Source: Candidatus Omnitrophota bacterium (GTDB lineage Bacteria; Omnitrophota; Gorgyraeia; Gygaellales; Profunditerraquicolaceae). From it: a DNA stretch of 48,275 nucleotides. Shown here in pieces: positions 1 through 8,222 of the stretch; the stretch's first letter is position 1, and each line of letters begins with the position of its first letter. The stretch is from the NCBI GenBank assembly GCA_043802105.1, contig JAZDLL010000014.1, forward strand, positions 1-48,275, given 5' to 3'. The position numbers and the translations under genes are program-made. The notes beneath the pieces were generated by a model. It saw only the letters and a list, made by a program, of their open reading frames with translations, searched no databases and was not told the origin of the DNA.

Positions 1-623
1 CCAAAAATAAAAGGCACCTCGCAAACTTTTCTGTAGCTGCCCATGGCCAAAACTTCTAAAAGAATCTTATACCCCCTGGGACTAAGCTGCTTGCCAAAAA
101 TCACTTCTTTACGTAAGATAAAATACCCTGACATCGGGTCCTTAACTAATTTAAAAATCCTCGGAGCTAAAATTAACCCTAAAAGAATAGCTAACTGAGA
201 CCTAAAGGTTTGCCAAAAACTTTTATTTAAGACGCCTCCTTTAGCTACATACCTACTGGCAACTACAATATCAATTTCTTGGCAATTAATCATCTGGCTG
301 ATCATTACTTCTAAAATTTCAGGAGGATGCTGGAGATCTGCATCCATCACGCCTAAAATTCCACCCCGGGAAACTGCCCAACCGCTAACTACCGCGCTCC
401 CCAGGCCTCTGTCGCTCATCCTACGGATTAGCTTTATTCTTAAATCTTGCTTGGCTAGATCATCGGCAATTCTCCAGGTTCCATCAGGGCTATCATCATC
501 AACAATAATAATTTCAAAATCTAAAGCCATCCCCTCCAAAACATTAATTATCTTTTGGCATAATTCTGCTATATTTAATGCTTCGTTGTAGGTGGGAATT
601 ACCAGCGATAATTTAATTGCCAT
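1..623 (-). CDS. Glycosyltransferase family 2, polyprenol-phosphate mannosyltransferase (Dpm1)-like; C-terminus runs off the window
   Basis: Not in the ORF track because there is no stop in the window. Hand translation from ATG at 623-621 gives MAIKLSLVIPTYNEALNIAEL...FEIIIVDDDSPDGT...GVMDADLQHPPE...VKDPMSGYF. The frame stays open to base 1. These blocks are typical of GT2 Dpm1-type enzymes. Confidence 0.85.
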   Translation of the reverse strand, partial: MAIKLSLVIPTYNEALNIAELCQKIINVLEGMALDFEIIIVDDDSPDGTWRIADDLAKQDLRIKLIRRMSDRGLGSAVVSGWAVSRGGILGVMDADLQHPPEILEVMISQMINCQEIDIVVASRYVAKGGVLNKSFWQTFRSQLAILLGLILAPRIFKLVKDPMSGYFILRKEVIFGKQLSPRGYKILLEVLAMGSYRKVCEVPFIF

Positions 624-891
624 CTTCAACTTCCTGCCCCTGGACATCGATTACCTTGCCCAGTGGTTTATGCTTTTGGTTATTTGAACCAACTGAACTA
701 AACTGTTGAGTAATTCTGGAGATCATCAGCCTGATTTTAAGCATAAAAATTAAAACTAAGACTACCTCCACCCCTAACCAAAGGCCGGCAGAGTTAAAGA
801 TCAACCTGCCAAAAAATAGATTAAAAATAATTAACAGGGGCAACAAGCAACCTGCTCCACCAATCCGCAAATATCCCGTAGAAGGCATCAA
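613..891 (-). CDS. Small hydrophobic (membrane) protein, unknown function
   Basis: 92-aa ORF with two or three hydrophobic stretches (CLLPLLIIFNLFF, LWLGVEVVLVLIFML). It overlaps the nitroreductase stop by 4 nt (ATGA-type) and the GT2 start by 11 nt, so it looks translationally coupled. I recognise no family. Confidence 0.45.
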   Translation of the reverse strand: MMPSTGYLRIGGAGCLLPLLIIFNLFFGRLIFNSAGLWLGVEVVLVLIFMLKIRLMISRITQQFSSVGSNNQKHKPLGKVIDVQGQEVEDGN

Positions 892-1391
892 AATTTCTCC
901 CAGTGCAACAGTTCCTTTAAATCTCTTTTAGCCATAACTTTAAAAACATTCTTTTCTAGCGGATAGCCTAAAGCCACCATACTGATCAACTTCATACCCA
1001 GCGGTGCATTTAACAAGGCGTTTACCTGCTGGCAATAAGGCTTCTTATCTCCGGCAATCCAGCAAGAGCCAATACCCAAAGCCGTGGCCGCTAAAAGAAT
1101 ATTGCAAGTAGCCGCGCTTGCGTCTTCTAAGAAATATTTTGTATCCGCAGAAAAAACCGCAACACAGGCAGCTGCCTGGCCCAGAAATTTGCCGTTTTCC
1201 GCCAAATCCGCCAGCTGACTTAATTTAACCTTGTCCGTGATCACCACAAATTCCCAAGGCTGCAGGTTCCTAGCAGTCGGAGCAAATCTAGCAGCATCCA
1301 CAATTTTCTCCAGCTGTTTTTTAGATATACTTTTGTTTTCAAATAACCTTACGCTACGTCTAGTTTTTAGAAATTCCAGGAAATTATCCAT
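888..1391 (-). CDS. Nitroreductase family protein
   Basis: The N-terminus LKTRRSVRLFENKSISKKQLEKIVDAARFAPTARNLQPWEFVVI is the classic nitroreductase signature. Length is 167 aa. Confidence 0.85.
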   Translation of the reverse strand: MDNFLEFLKTRRSVRLFENKSISKKQLEKIVDAARFAPTARNLQPWEFVVITDKVKLSQLADLAENGKFLGQAAACVAVFSADTKYFLEDASAATCNILLAATALGIGSCWIAGDKKPYCQQVNALLNAPLGMKLISMVALGYPLEKNVFKVMAKRDLKELLHWEKF

Positions 1392-1421
1392 AAATTCACC
1401 TTCAGCATTGAATTAAAGAAG

Positions 1422-1799
1422 TTATGAGATTTTTTTACGCAGATCTTCAGGAATGGCTTGCGGCTTCAAAGTCTTATCAACACAGACCAGAATGGTTTTA
1501 GCTTTAATAATTAACCGCTTATTTTGATTGTAGATTTCATGTAAAAACTCGATACTCACACCGGTTATCTCTCCGACTTGAGTTTGAATATCCAGCTCAT
1601 CGCCATAAGCGGCCGGAAACTTATAATCTATCTCCTGGCGCGAGACCACAAACATAATCCCCGAATCAGACAGCTGCTTAATGGAAGCGTTTTTAAGCGC
1701 AAAATACTCCGTGCGCGCCTCCTCTAGGAAATTAAGATAATTGGCGTAATAAACTACTCCTCCGCAATCCGTATGATGGTAATAAATGCGCTGTTTCAT
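1422..1799 (-). CDS. Acyl-CoA thioesterase, 4HBT/YbgC hotdog-fold family
   Basis: 125 aa. Contains YYHHTDCGGVVYYANYLNFLEEARTEYF, the YbgC/4HBT motif (D..G.V.H..Y), and has the short hotdog length. Confidence 0.8.
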   Translation of the reverse strand: MKQRIYYHHTDCGGVVYYANYLNFLEEARTEYFALKNASIKQLSDSGIMFVVSRQEIDYKFPAAYGDELDIQTQVGEITGVSIEFLHEIYNQNKRLIIKAKTILVCVDKTLKPQAIPEDLRKKIS

Positions 1800-1817
1800 A
1801 TATTTTCAAATATATCT

Positions 1818-3071
1818 TTAAAATTGAGGATTGTCAACATATTCCCCGCTAAAGCTATCCAGCCGAATATTTTTAAGCCTGGCGCCTACCACAACATTTT
1901 TTAGATTGGGCACAAACGGCAATCTTACCTTTAAATAATTGTCCGTTAGGCCCTCCAAATAAGCAGGATGGCCTTTGGCTTCTGTTTCGATTAAAACTTC
2001 AGCTTCCCTACCCAGAAACTCTTGCATAAATTTATTACGGCATTCTTTGGCCACCTGGGCTAATTTATCACAACGGGCGCGGATTACTTTTGGATCCACT
2101 AATCCTTTGAATTTTGCCGCTTTGGTTTGCGGCCGGCTAGAGTAAGGGAAAATATGCACTTTTAACGGCATAATTTTTTTTAACAGATCCACGGTATTGG
2201 CAAAACACTCTGGGGTTTCTCCGGGAAAGCCAACCAGACAATCCGTGGTAATCGCAATCCCGTGAATGCTCGCCTTTAATCCGGCAATTAAATCCGCATA
2301 TTTTTTTTTGCTATATTTGCGATTCATCAACCTCAGAATATGGTCATCACCGCTTTGAATAGGAATATGCAAGTGCCGGCAAAGCTTTTTGCTGCGCTGC
2401 ATGTATTTAACTAACTCGGAGGAAACATCCCCGGCTTCTATCGAACTTAATCTTATGCGGGATAAACCTTTGATTTTCTCTAAACTATCCACCACATCCA
2501 CCAGAGTGGCTTTAACCCCGGAGCTTCTGCCGTAGGCGCCCAGACAAATACCGGTTAAAACGATTTCCTTATATCCGCAGGCAACCAACTGCTTTGCCTC
2601 TTGCAGTATTTCTTTTAATTCTTTGCTGCGTTCCCTTCCGCGAACTAAAGCTACTTTACAATAAGTGCAAAAGTTGCTGCATCCATCCTGAATCTTTAAA
2701 AAAGCCCGCGTATGCTGACTAAAACTGCTAATTTTTTCAGGAAAAAAAGACTTTTTTACAATTAAAGTAATCCCTTTAATACTTTTTAACTGTCGCCAAT
2801 CTTTTTCCGCTAAACATCCGGTCACAATTACCCGCGACCGAGGAGTTGCTTGAATACACCTGCGGATAATATTACGGGATTTCTGGTCAGCTCCGGAAGT
2901 AACCGTACAGGTATTGATCAGAAAATAATCCGCCGGCTTATCTTTCCCGGACTCCACAAAACCCTTACTTATAAATCGCTCACGGATACTCTGGGTATCA
3001 TACTGGTTAGCCTTACAACCGAGGGTGAAGAATTTTATGGTGCGGCCGGGCTGCCGATTAGTGATCTGCAT
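1818..3071 (-). CDS. mtaB: Radical SAM methylthiotransferase, MtaB/MiaB-like (tRNA t6A37 methylthiotransferase)
   Basis: N-terminal UPF0004 Cys triad (TLGCKANQYD...NTCTVT...TGC), radical SAM CxxxCxxC (DGCSNFCTYC) and a C-terminal TRAM-like tail. 417 aa. Confidence 0.8.
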   Translation of the reverse strand: MQITNRQPGRTIKFFTLGCKANQYDTQSIRERFISKGFVESGKDKPADYFLINTCTVTSGADQKSRNIIRRCIQATPRSRVIVTGCLAEKDWRQLKSIKGITLIVKKSFFPEKISSFSQHTRAFLKIQDGCSNFCTYCKVALVRGRERSKELKEILQEAKQLVACGYKEIVLTGICLGAYGRSSGVKATLVDVVDSLEKIKGLSRIRLSSIEAGDVSSELVKYMQRSKKLCRHLHIPIQSGDDHILRLMNRKYSKKKYADLIAGLKASIHGIAITTDCLVGFPGETPECFANTVDLLKKIMPLKVHIFPYSSRPQTKAAKFKGLVDPKVIRARCDKLAQVAKECRNKFMQEFLGREAEVLIETEAKGHPAYLEGLTDNYLKVRLPFVPNLKNVVVGARLKNIRLDSFSGEYVDNPQF

Positions 3072-3795
3072 TAAGCTTAATAAAGCTAACTACAGCAATG
3101 GCCGCCGTATCTACACGCAGAACCTGCTTACCAAGGCTCACCGGCAGAAAACCCGCTGCTTTGGCCAGGGCAATCTCTTGGAGGGTAAAATCACCTTCCG
3201 GACCGATGAGCACCATTATTTTCTTAAGTTGACGGGTCGTTTGATTAAAAATATTTTTGAGAGTTTCTCTCTCTGCCTCCAATGTCGGAATTAATTTTAA
3301 ATCGAAATCCTGCCGGTTGGCAATGGCATCCTTAAAATCAGTTACCGGCTCAATCAGTACAAATTTACTGCGCTGGCTCTGTTTAACCGCACTTTCGGCA
3401 ATCTTCTCCCAGCGCTGGAAACGCTGGATCTTTTTTTGCTTATCTAATTTAACGATTACCCGTTCGGTCTGCAGCGGAATTATACAGGCCACCCCTAATT
3501 GCGTAAGCTTATCAATGATATCATCCATTTTTACTTTTTTAGGAATGGCGCAAGCCACGGTAATTTCAATATCCAAATCATTAGGCGGCCTTTTTTCTTT
3601 TATTTCTAGCCGGGCACCGCTTGAGCCAATCTCTAGAACTTGCGTCACATATTCATTCCCGTCATGGTCAAAAACCGCCACCTTATCTTTGGGCCGAGCT
3701 CTTAACACATCCTTTAAATGGTGCAGCTGGGCGGCATCATTTAAAATAATAATTTTATCGGTTAGATCAATCTTTTCAATCCAGAAACGATTCAC
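3058..3795 (-). CDS. rsmE: 16S rRNA (uracil1498-N3)-methyltransferase RsmE
   Basis: 245 aa. PUA-like N-terminus (RFWIE...HHLKDVLRAR) and a SPOUT C-terminus (VLIGPEGDFTLQEIALAKAAGF..VSLGKQVLRVDTAAI). The start codon is GTG (plus cac at 3793-3795). Confidence 0.85.
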   Translation of the reverse strand: MNRFWIEKIDLTDKIIILNDAAQLHHLKDVLRARPKDKVAVFDHDGNEYVTQVLEIGSSGARLEIKEKRPPNDLDIEITVACAIPKKVKMDDIIDKLTQLGVACIIPLQTERVIVKLDKQKKIQRFQRWEKIAESAVKQSQRSKFVLIEPVTDFKDAIANRQDFDLKLIPTLEAERETLKNIFNQTTRQLKKIMVLIGPEGDFTLQEIALAKAAGFLPVSLGKQVLRVDTAAIAVVSFIKLNADH

Positions 3796-5288
3796 TATTT
3801 TTTTGCTCCTTTTTCAGAAAAAACTTCCGCGCTAAAGATATAAAGCTGAGTATCCTTATCTTTCCAGGCATTGGCGGCCAGACCGGCTTTATGGGCACAG
3901 AGATTATTCAAAAACTCTTCTTTACTCCAGCCGGTTTCCGTGGCTACCTGAGGAAGGAATACCCCGCTCTGACTGCCGCGGCGCACCAATACTCCATGTT
4001 TTCCTAATTCAATCTTTTCGGCAGAAGGCACTTTTTCTAATGGAGACAAAACAGAGATCTCAATTTCTACGTCCTTAAGTTCCGGCAAAGTAAGCGCCGA
4101 AAACCGCGGGTCATCCACTGCCGCTTCAATCGCCATATCGCGCACAGTCAGATAAAGAGGCTGGCTTCCGATGAGATTTCCGATACACCCTCTTAACTCC
4201 TGATGTTGATTAAGTGTGACAAAAGCACCACTCTTTTGATTTAATACCAAGTCAGATTCAGAAACCGGCAGTTTTTTACCGGTTTCCAGATACATCGCAA
4301 TAGATTGGCGCGCAATCTGTAAAAGCTTTTCTTTTTGCCAAGTGGTCAACATGTTTTCTCCTCCCTGCCTAAAAACTGCGCAACTGGCATAACCCACTGT
4401 CCACTCCCCTTTAACTAACTTACCCGTGACTATTGCGGAATTCGTATGATTGAGCACTTCTAACCTTAACATCCCTAATTCTTTAGCAATATTTAAGGCC
4501 ACCACAGTAGCAAATCCTCCACAGGCTTGGGCGCTGCCATCACGCAAAGCATAATACAGCCCCTGGTAATCCATTTTTTTGATTAAATCCAAAGTCAGCC
4601 CATCCACCTCCAGCGCTTCTTTAAAATCATAGCCGTGATACAGATCCGTAGATACTATCAGCAGGACATCTTGGCGTTGGCCAATCGCTTCTTTAAACAA
4701 AAGTACAATTTTTTTACATGCCTCCAGCGAACAATCCCCCACTACTACCGGAACAATTTTAAAATCAGTTAATGCTTTCTGCAAAAAAGGCAACTGTACT
4801 TCTACGGAGTGCTCATTATTGAACGCAGAAGGATTCTCAAAAACTTCAGGATACTTACCCAGAATACTTTTTGTGAATTTCTCATCAACATCAACTTTGC
4901 CTAAACTAGTAGCAAAACTTCCTGCTCCATAAAGAGCAGCTCCGTTAAAAACCTGATGATGGCTAGTCCCCATAATGATTACGGTTTTATAGCTCTTACC
5001 TTTTATAAGTTTGTACCCAAAAGCTGCAGTCTGGCCGGAAAAACCGTAACCCGCGTGCGGGCTAACCAGCATAAAGATCTCATCGGAGGTTTGATCAGGC
5101 GCTGCATTTTCTAACAAATTATCCACCATCCCCGATAGTTCTTCTTTGCCGGCTGGATAAAACTGTCCGCCAAATTCCGGCTGCTTAATCAAAGCCGCAG
5201 AGCAGTTTAGATACGCCAAAAAGATAAAAATATGAATGAAGGGGATAATTTTATAAGGCATTGAATAAATCTTTAGTTTTGACAGCAT
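3795..5288 (-). CDS. Fusion of a Memo-like domain (AmmeMemoRadiSam protein B) and an AMMECR1 domain (protein A), with a hydrophobic N-terminal leader
   Basis: The N-terminal half has GGQFYPAGKEEL...LVSPHAGYGFSGQTAAFGY...STDLYHGY (Memo/extradiol-dioxygenase-like). The C-terminal half has GAFVTLNQHQELRGCIGN...DDPRFSAL...ISVLSPLE...GVLVRRGSQSGVFLPQV (AMMECR1). Residues about 10-32 are hydrophobic (IIPFIHIFIFLAYLNCSAA). Confidence 0.8.
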   Translation of the reverse strand: MLSKLKIYSMPYKIIPFIHIFIFLAYLNCSAALIKQPEFGGQFYPAGKEELSGMVDNLLENAAPDQTSDEIFMLVSPHAGYGFSGQTAAFGYKLIKGKSYKTVIIMGTSHHQVFNGAALYGAGSFATSLGKVDVDEKFTKSILGKYPEVFENPSAFNNEHSVEVQLPFLQKALTDFKIVPVVVGDCSLEACKKIVLLFKEAIGQRQDVLLIVSTDLYHGYDFKEALEVDGLTLDLIKKMDYQGLYYALRDGSAQACGGFATVVALNIAKELGMLRLEVLNHTNSAIVTGKLVKGEWTVGYASCAVFRQGGENMLTTWQKEKLLQIARQSIAMYLETGKKLPVSESDLVLNQKSGAFVTLNQHQELRGCIGNLIGSQPLYLTVRDMAIEAAVDDPRFSALTLPELKDVEIEISVLSPLEKVPSAEKIELGKHGVLVRRGSQSGVFLPQVATETGWSKEEFLNNLCAHKAGLAANAWKDKDTQLYIFSAEVFSEKGAKK

Positions 5289-5390
5289 CTCAAGGCGCTA
5301 ATAACTAGTGGCACTACGCTCGCTACGGCGTCCCTGAAGAGATTCCCTTTGGTCACTTGTCGTGCCGTTTTACGCTCGCTCTAGTATCCC

Positions 5391-5417
5391 AAAAAATTTA
5401 CTTGTCGTAAATTTTTT
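5391..5417 (-). terminator. AT-rich hairpin directly after tRNA-Ala (possible terminator)
   Basis: The minus strand reads AAAAAATTTAC-GACAA-GTAAATTTTTT, an 11-bp stem whose 3' arm is a T-run. It starts 1 nt after the tRNA 3' end. Confidence 0.4.
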
Positions 5418-5418
5418 G

Positions 5419-5491
5419 TGGAGCTGAGGAGGATCGAACTCCTGGCCCCCTCGTTGCGAACGAGGTGCTCTCCCAACTGAGCTACAGCCCC
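5419..5491 (-). tRNA. tRNA-Ala (anticodon CGC)
   Basis: The minus strand reads GGGGCTGTAGCTCAGTTGGGAGAGCACCTCGTTCGCAACGAGGGGGCCAGGAGTTCGATCCTCCTCAGCTCCA. It folds as a cloverleaf with anticodon loop TTCGCAA. It has the G3:U70 alanine identity pair and a GTTCGATCC T-arm. CCA is not encoded. Confidence 0.95.
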
Positions 5492-5537
5492 AATTTTATC
5501 TAACTACTTGATTTTCTAATAATTAAGTAATTTAAGT

Positions 5538-5744
5538 TTATTTTTTTTCATGCAGTTGTTCTAATATTAAAACCAGAAGATACAGGGCAATCGAACAAAA
5601 TAATCCTTTGGCCAGAAAATACCATGATATTGCGTCATTTGTAAATTTACCCTTAAAGAATTCATTTCCCAGCAGAAAAGTATAAACACATATTGATAAC
5701 ACCGTAACTGCAGCAAACATAACCGCCAGCTTTAGTTTTTTCAT
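5538..5744 (-). CDS. Small membrane protein (2 TM), unknown function
   Basis: I trimmed the track ORF 5538..5822 to the ATG at 5744, which is preceded by GAGGAGGAAAG. The upstream extension overlaps repeat R1 and a promoter-like module. The protein starts MKKLKLAVMFAAVTVLSICVY and has a second TM, LFCSIALYLLVLIL. Confidence 0.55.
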   Translation of the reverse strand: MKKLKLAVMFAAVTVLSICVYTFLLGNEFFKGKFTNDAISWYFLAKGLFCSIALYLLVLILEQLHEKK

Positions 5745-5806
5745 CTTTCCTCCTCTTTTCTGTTTTGTCCCAACGAAACCCACTGAATTGTATTCTATCA
5801 CAAATT

Positions 5807-5853
5807 CCAAAATTGTAAGCAAACAAAAAGGGCTAAACGATTAAGTCCAGCCC
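5807..5853 (-). terminator. Repeat R1: conserved Rho-independent terminator module after the ferritin-like gene
   Basis: The minus strand reads GGGCTGGAC-TTAATC-GTTTAGCCC-TTTTTGTTTGCTTACAATTTTGG, a 9-bp stem (including G-U pairs) followed by a T-run. The same module recurs at 6457-6489 and 6786-6832. Confidence 0.6.
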
Positions 5854-5886
5854 AACAGGATATAAGGATTTTACTTAAGCACTCTT

Positions 5887-6330
5887 TTATTTGATAGCAT
5901 ACTTAAGCCATAGTTCTTGAATTTCTTCCCTGTGTCTTTTAGTATCTTGTTCTATCTTAGCAAAAGCATTCTTAATAGTGGGTGAATCACTAGGTATAAC
6001 TTTAAAAAAATATCTCTCAATTAAACTATGCTCGATGTCTCTAGCCATAGATAAAGCATTTATTAAAGTGGAGTTTTCAGCCTTTTGTATTAAATCCTTT
6101 ACAAAAGACATTGTAAGCTCTATGGCCTCTATACTAAATCTATCTTCTTGAAAAAAAGAAGGAGTTTCTTGCTTTATTAACCGCACACTTTCTAATAATT
6201 CAGCGTGTACGTTCTCCTCGGCTGCTTTTTGGAGCCAAAATTCCTTCACTTCAGGAAATTTCTCAGCGTAGATAGTATACAATTTACTAACTAATCTCTC
6301 GTTTTCACTTAACAATCTTAGGCTATCCAT
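5887..6330 (-). CDS. Ferritin-like / rubrerythrin-like four-helix-bundle protein (tentative)
   Basis: 147 aa, predicted all-helical. It has EENVHAE and RDIEHSLIE motifs reminiscent of the ExxH diiron ligands of the ferritin-like superfamily. RBS AAAAGGGG lies upstream of the ATG. Confidence 0.45.
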   Translation of the reverse strand: MDSLRLLSENERLVSKLYTIYAEKFPEVKEFWLQKAAEENVHAELLESVRLIKQETPSFFQEDRFSIEAIELTMSFVKDLIQKAENSTLINALSMARDIEHSLIERYFFKVIPSDSPTIKNAFAKIEQDTKRHREEIQELWLKYAIK

Positions 6331-6456
6331 CGCTACCCCTTTTCTTCTAAACTGAATCTTTTGTTATTTTACCACAAATCCAAAGATTTTACAGTGCTAA
6401 GTAACCATGCGGGACTCCTGAGAATACTAAAATTTACAGATCTAGAGAAGCTGTGG

Positions 6457-6489
6457 AAACAAAAAGGGCTGAACGGTTAAGTCCAACCC
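6457..6489 (-). terminator. Repeat R2: second copy of the terminator module
   Basis: The minus strand reads GGGTTGGAC-TTAACC-GTTCAGCCC-TTTTTGTTTCC. The stem is maintained despite substitutions relative to R1 and R3. Confidence 0.55.
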
Positions 6490-6514
6490 AGTGGTAGTAA
6501 AAGTAGGAAAAGTT

Positions 6515-6730
6515 TTAATCCTTAATGTAAAACTTCCATTTCTTTAACTGCTTGATATAAAGGCTTCTCTGTAATTGCGGAAAATTTAGCCAATAATCTG
6601 ATAGCATCTTATCTTTTCCTGTCCTATTTCTATTGCCAGAGCCTCTTTTATTCATCTCTTTACCTTTTAGAATATCAAATGTGCAATAAAATTTATCATA
6701 TGTGCATAACCATTTCAATACCATTTGCAA
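6515..6730 (-). CDS. Hypothetical small basic protein (weak call)
   Basis: This is the only ORF of 60 aa or more between terminator copies R3 and R2. It has no recognisable family and no convincing RBS. It is kept only because its position mirrors the neighbouring cassettes. Confidence 0.25.
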   Translation of the reverse strand: MQMVLKWLCTYDKFYCTFDILKGKEMNKRGSGNRNRTGKDKMLSDYWLNFPQLQRSLYIKQLKKWKFYIKD

Positions 6731-6785
6731 CCAGTTTTGAAAGCGTTTTCATAAACATACAATCGTTACAATGCGAGCTAAAATA

Positions 6786-6832
6786 CCAAAATTGTAAGCA
6801 AACAAAAAGGGCTAGACGATTAAGTCCAGCCC
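6786..6832 (-). terminator. Repeat R3: third copy of the terminator module, after the 185-aa TPR gene
   Basis: The minus strand reads GGGCTGGAC-TTAATC-GTCTAGCCC-TTTTTGTTTGCTTACAATTTTGG. It is near-identical to R1, including the 14-nt tail. Confidence 0.6.
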
Positions 6833-6856
6833 TTAATAGGGGTGAATAAAATTAAC

Positions 6857-7414
6857 CTACTTATCCCTTCCGGATGCTTCCTTAAGTGCAGCCAGAAATT
6901 CAGGATTAATCGTCGCTCCTAATCCTTCTGCCTCATACACGTCTAACCAGGCCTGGCCATAATCCTTGATCATAAAATAGGTAAACCCGCGATTATAGTA
7001 GGCCAGTGCATAATTAGGGTCTAAGTCAATGGCTTTGTTATAGTCAGCTATGGCTTGAACAAAGTTTCTTTGATTCCCATAAAGAGTGCCCAGATTATGA
7101 TTAGCCTGCCCGCGGTTGTTGTAGGCCGCTGCAAAGTTAGGGTCTAGGGCAATGGCTTTAGTATAGTCAGCTATGGCTTGAATAAAATTGTGTAGCCTGA
7201 AATAGACAAGCCCGCGGTTGTTGTAGGCCGCGGCATAATCAGGTTTTATGGCAATGGCTTTGGTATAGTTAGCTATGGCTTGAGGTAAATTACCTTGATT
7301 GTAGGAAACACACCCATGAGTAAAATATTCTTCTGCGGTTTCTGCATAAACAGAAGACGCACTTAAACATACCACTCCTATCAAAATAAAGATAATTAGC
7401 TTATAGTTTTGCAT
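6857..7414 (-). CDS. Secreted TPR-repeat protein, last gene of the pilus string (possible PilF/PilW-like pilotin)
   Basis: Signal peptide MQNYKLIIFILIGVVCLSASSVYA, then four repeats of the type AIADYTKAIALDPNFAAAYNNRG (canonical TPR). Confidence 0.7.
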   Translation of the reverse strand: MQNYKLIIFILIGVVCLSASSVYAETAEEYFTHGCVSYNQGNLPQAIANYTKAIAIKPDYAAAYNNRGLVYFRLHNFIQAIADYTKAIALDPNFAAAYNNRGQANHNLGTLYGNQRNFVQAIADYNKAIDLDPNYALAYYNRGFTYFMIKDYGQAWLDVYEAEGLGATINPEFLAALKEASGRDK

Positions 7415-7483
7415 CCTCGTTTTTGTTCACCTTTTGTTTTTCCCAAATAAAACTCTTTATCAAGCAGGGTAAAAGAATAAAAC

Positions 7484-8215
7484 TTAAGATGAAGAAGAGC
7501 TGTTGCAGATAATCTTAGTCTTGGCTTCCACCTGAGGATTTACCAGCTTTCCTGAATCAACAGGTTTGGTAGGATCATAGCGACCGACCAAGCCAATCTT
7601 TACCAAGTTGCCTTGATCAACAAGTGGGCTCCCTTGATCATCTATTTCCACATAAAAACCTTTATCAGGATTAACGGGCATCACGCCGTTATAAAAACCA
7701 CTAATAATTTTAGTACTCAATACTTCAGCTTCCGGAACCGCATCCGACCTGCAGCTTAAACTTGTTACGCAATCAGCACCCAGACCAGTCTGGCAGCCAA
7801 CGCTAAGATCATTGCCTGAAAGAGTATAGTAGATCCAAACATCATTGGTTAAATCTGAAGGAGTTTGTGCTTGGGCATCCGCTAGGGTACCGCAATCAAA
7901 CCTAACCTGAAAACCCGTCGGACTTATAGAACTCGGGTATAATTTTATAGGTGGATTACTTACATTTCCGTTTGCCCGCGATATATATTTACTCATATGC
8001 TCTAAACAGTAAGCTAACTGATTTTGCACCTTGGCCCTTTTATCCGCATCAATTACCTGAGTATTAGTAAATGTTTCAAAACCGTAAAACCCCACAATTA
8101 AAAGGCCCACAATCATAATACTCACCAATAACTCAACTAAGGTGAGCGCTTTAGCGTTTTTAGGCCCATAAGCTTTAAAAAACTTAATTCCGCTTAACTG
8201 CATCTTTATATTCAT
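7484..8215 (-). CDS. Prepilin-type N-terminal domain protein (minor pseudopilin)
   Basis: KALTLVELLVSIMIVGLLIVGF is a class III signal and hydrophobic helix with Glu at +5. The exact start within MNIKMQLSG... is uncertain. Confidence 0.7.
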   Translation of the reverse strand: MNIKMQLSGIKFFKAYGPKNAKALTLVELLVSIMIVGLLIVGFYGFETFTNTQVIDADKRAKVQNQLAYCLEHMSKYISRANGNVSNPPIKLYPSSISPTGFQVRFDCGTLADAQAQTPSDLTNDVWIYYTLSGNDLSVGCQTGLGADCVTSLSCRSDAVPEAEVLSTKIISGFYNGVMPVNPDKGFYVEIDDQGSPLVDQGNLVKIGLVGRYDPTKPVDSGKLVNPQVEAKTKIICNSSSSS

Positions 8216-8222
8216 TTAGATT

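Noticed and set aside
3257-3835. A long plus-strand ORF (192 aa), and similar plus-strand ORFs at 8443-8886, 13337-13675, 32656-33036, 33843-34217, 37647-38030, 38460-38831, 40684-41076 and 47641-47988.
   Set aside because: All lie antisense to well-conserved minus-strand genes (rsmE, pilins, secretin, argH, argG, argB, argJ, rpsI, acpP). Their translations are low-complexity Ser/Leu/Ile-rich with no recognisable domains, so they are shadow ORFs.
5745-5822. A 26-aa N-terminal extension of the small membrane protein ORF.
   Set aside because: It overlaps terminator repeat R1 and the promoter-like module. The internal ATG at 5744 has a strong GAGGAGG RBS.
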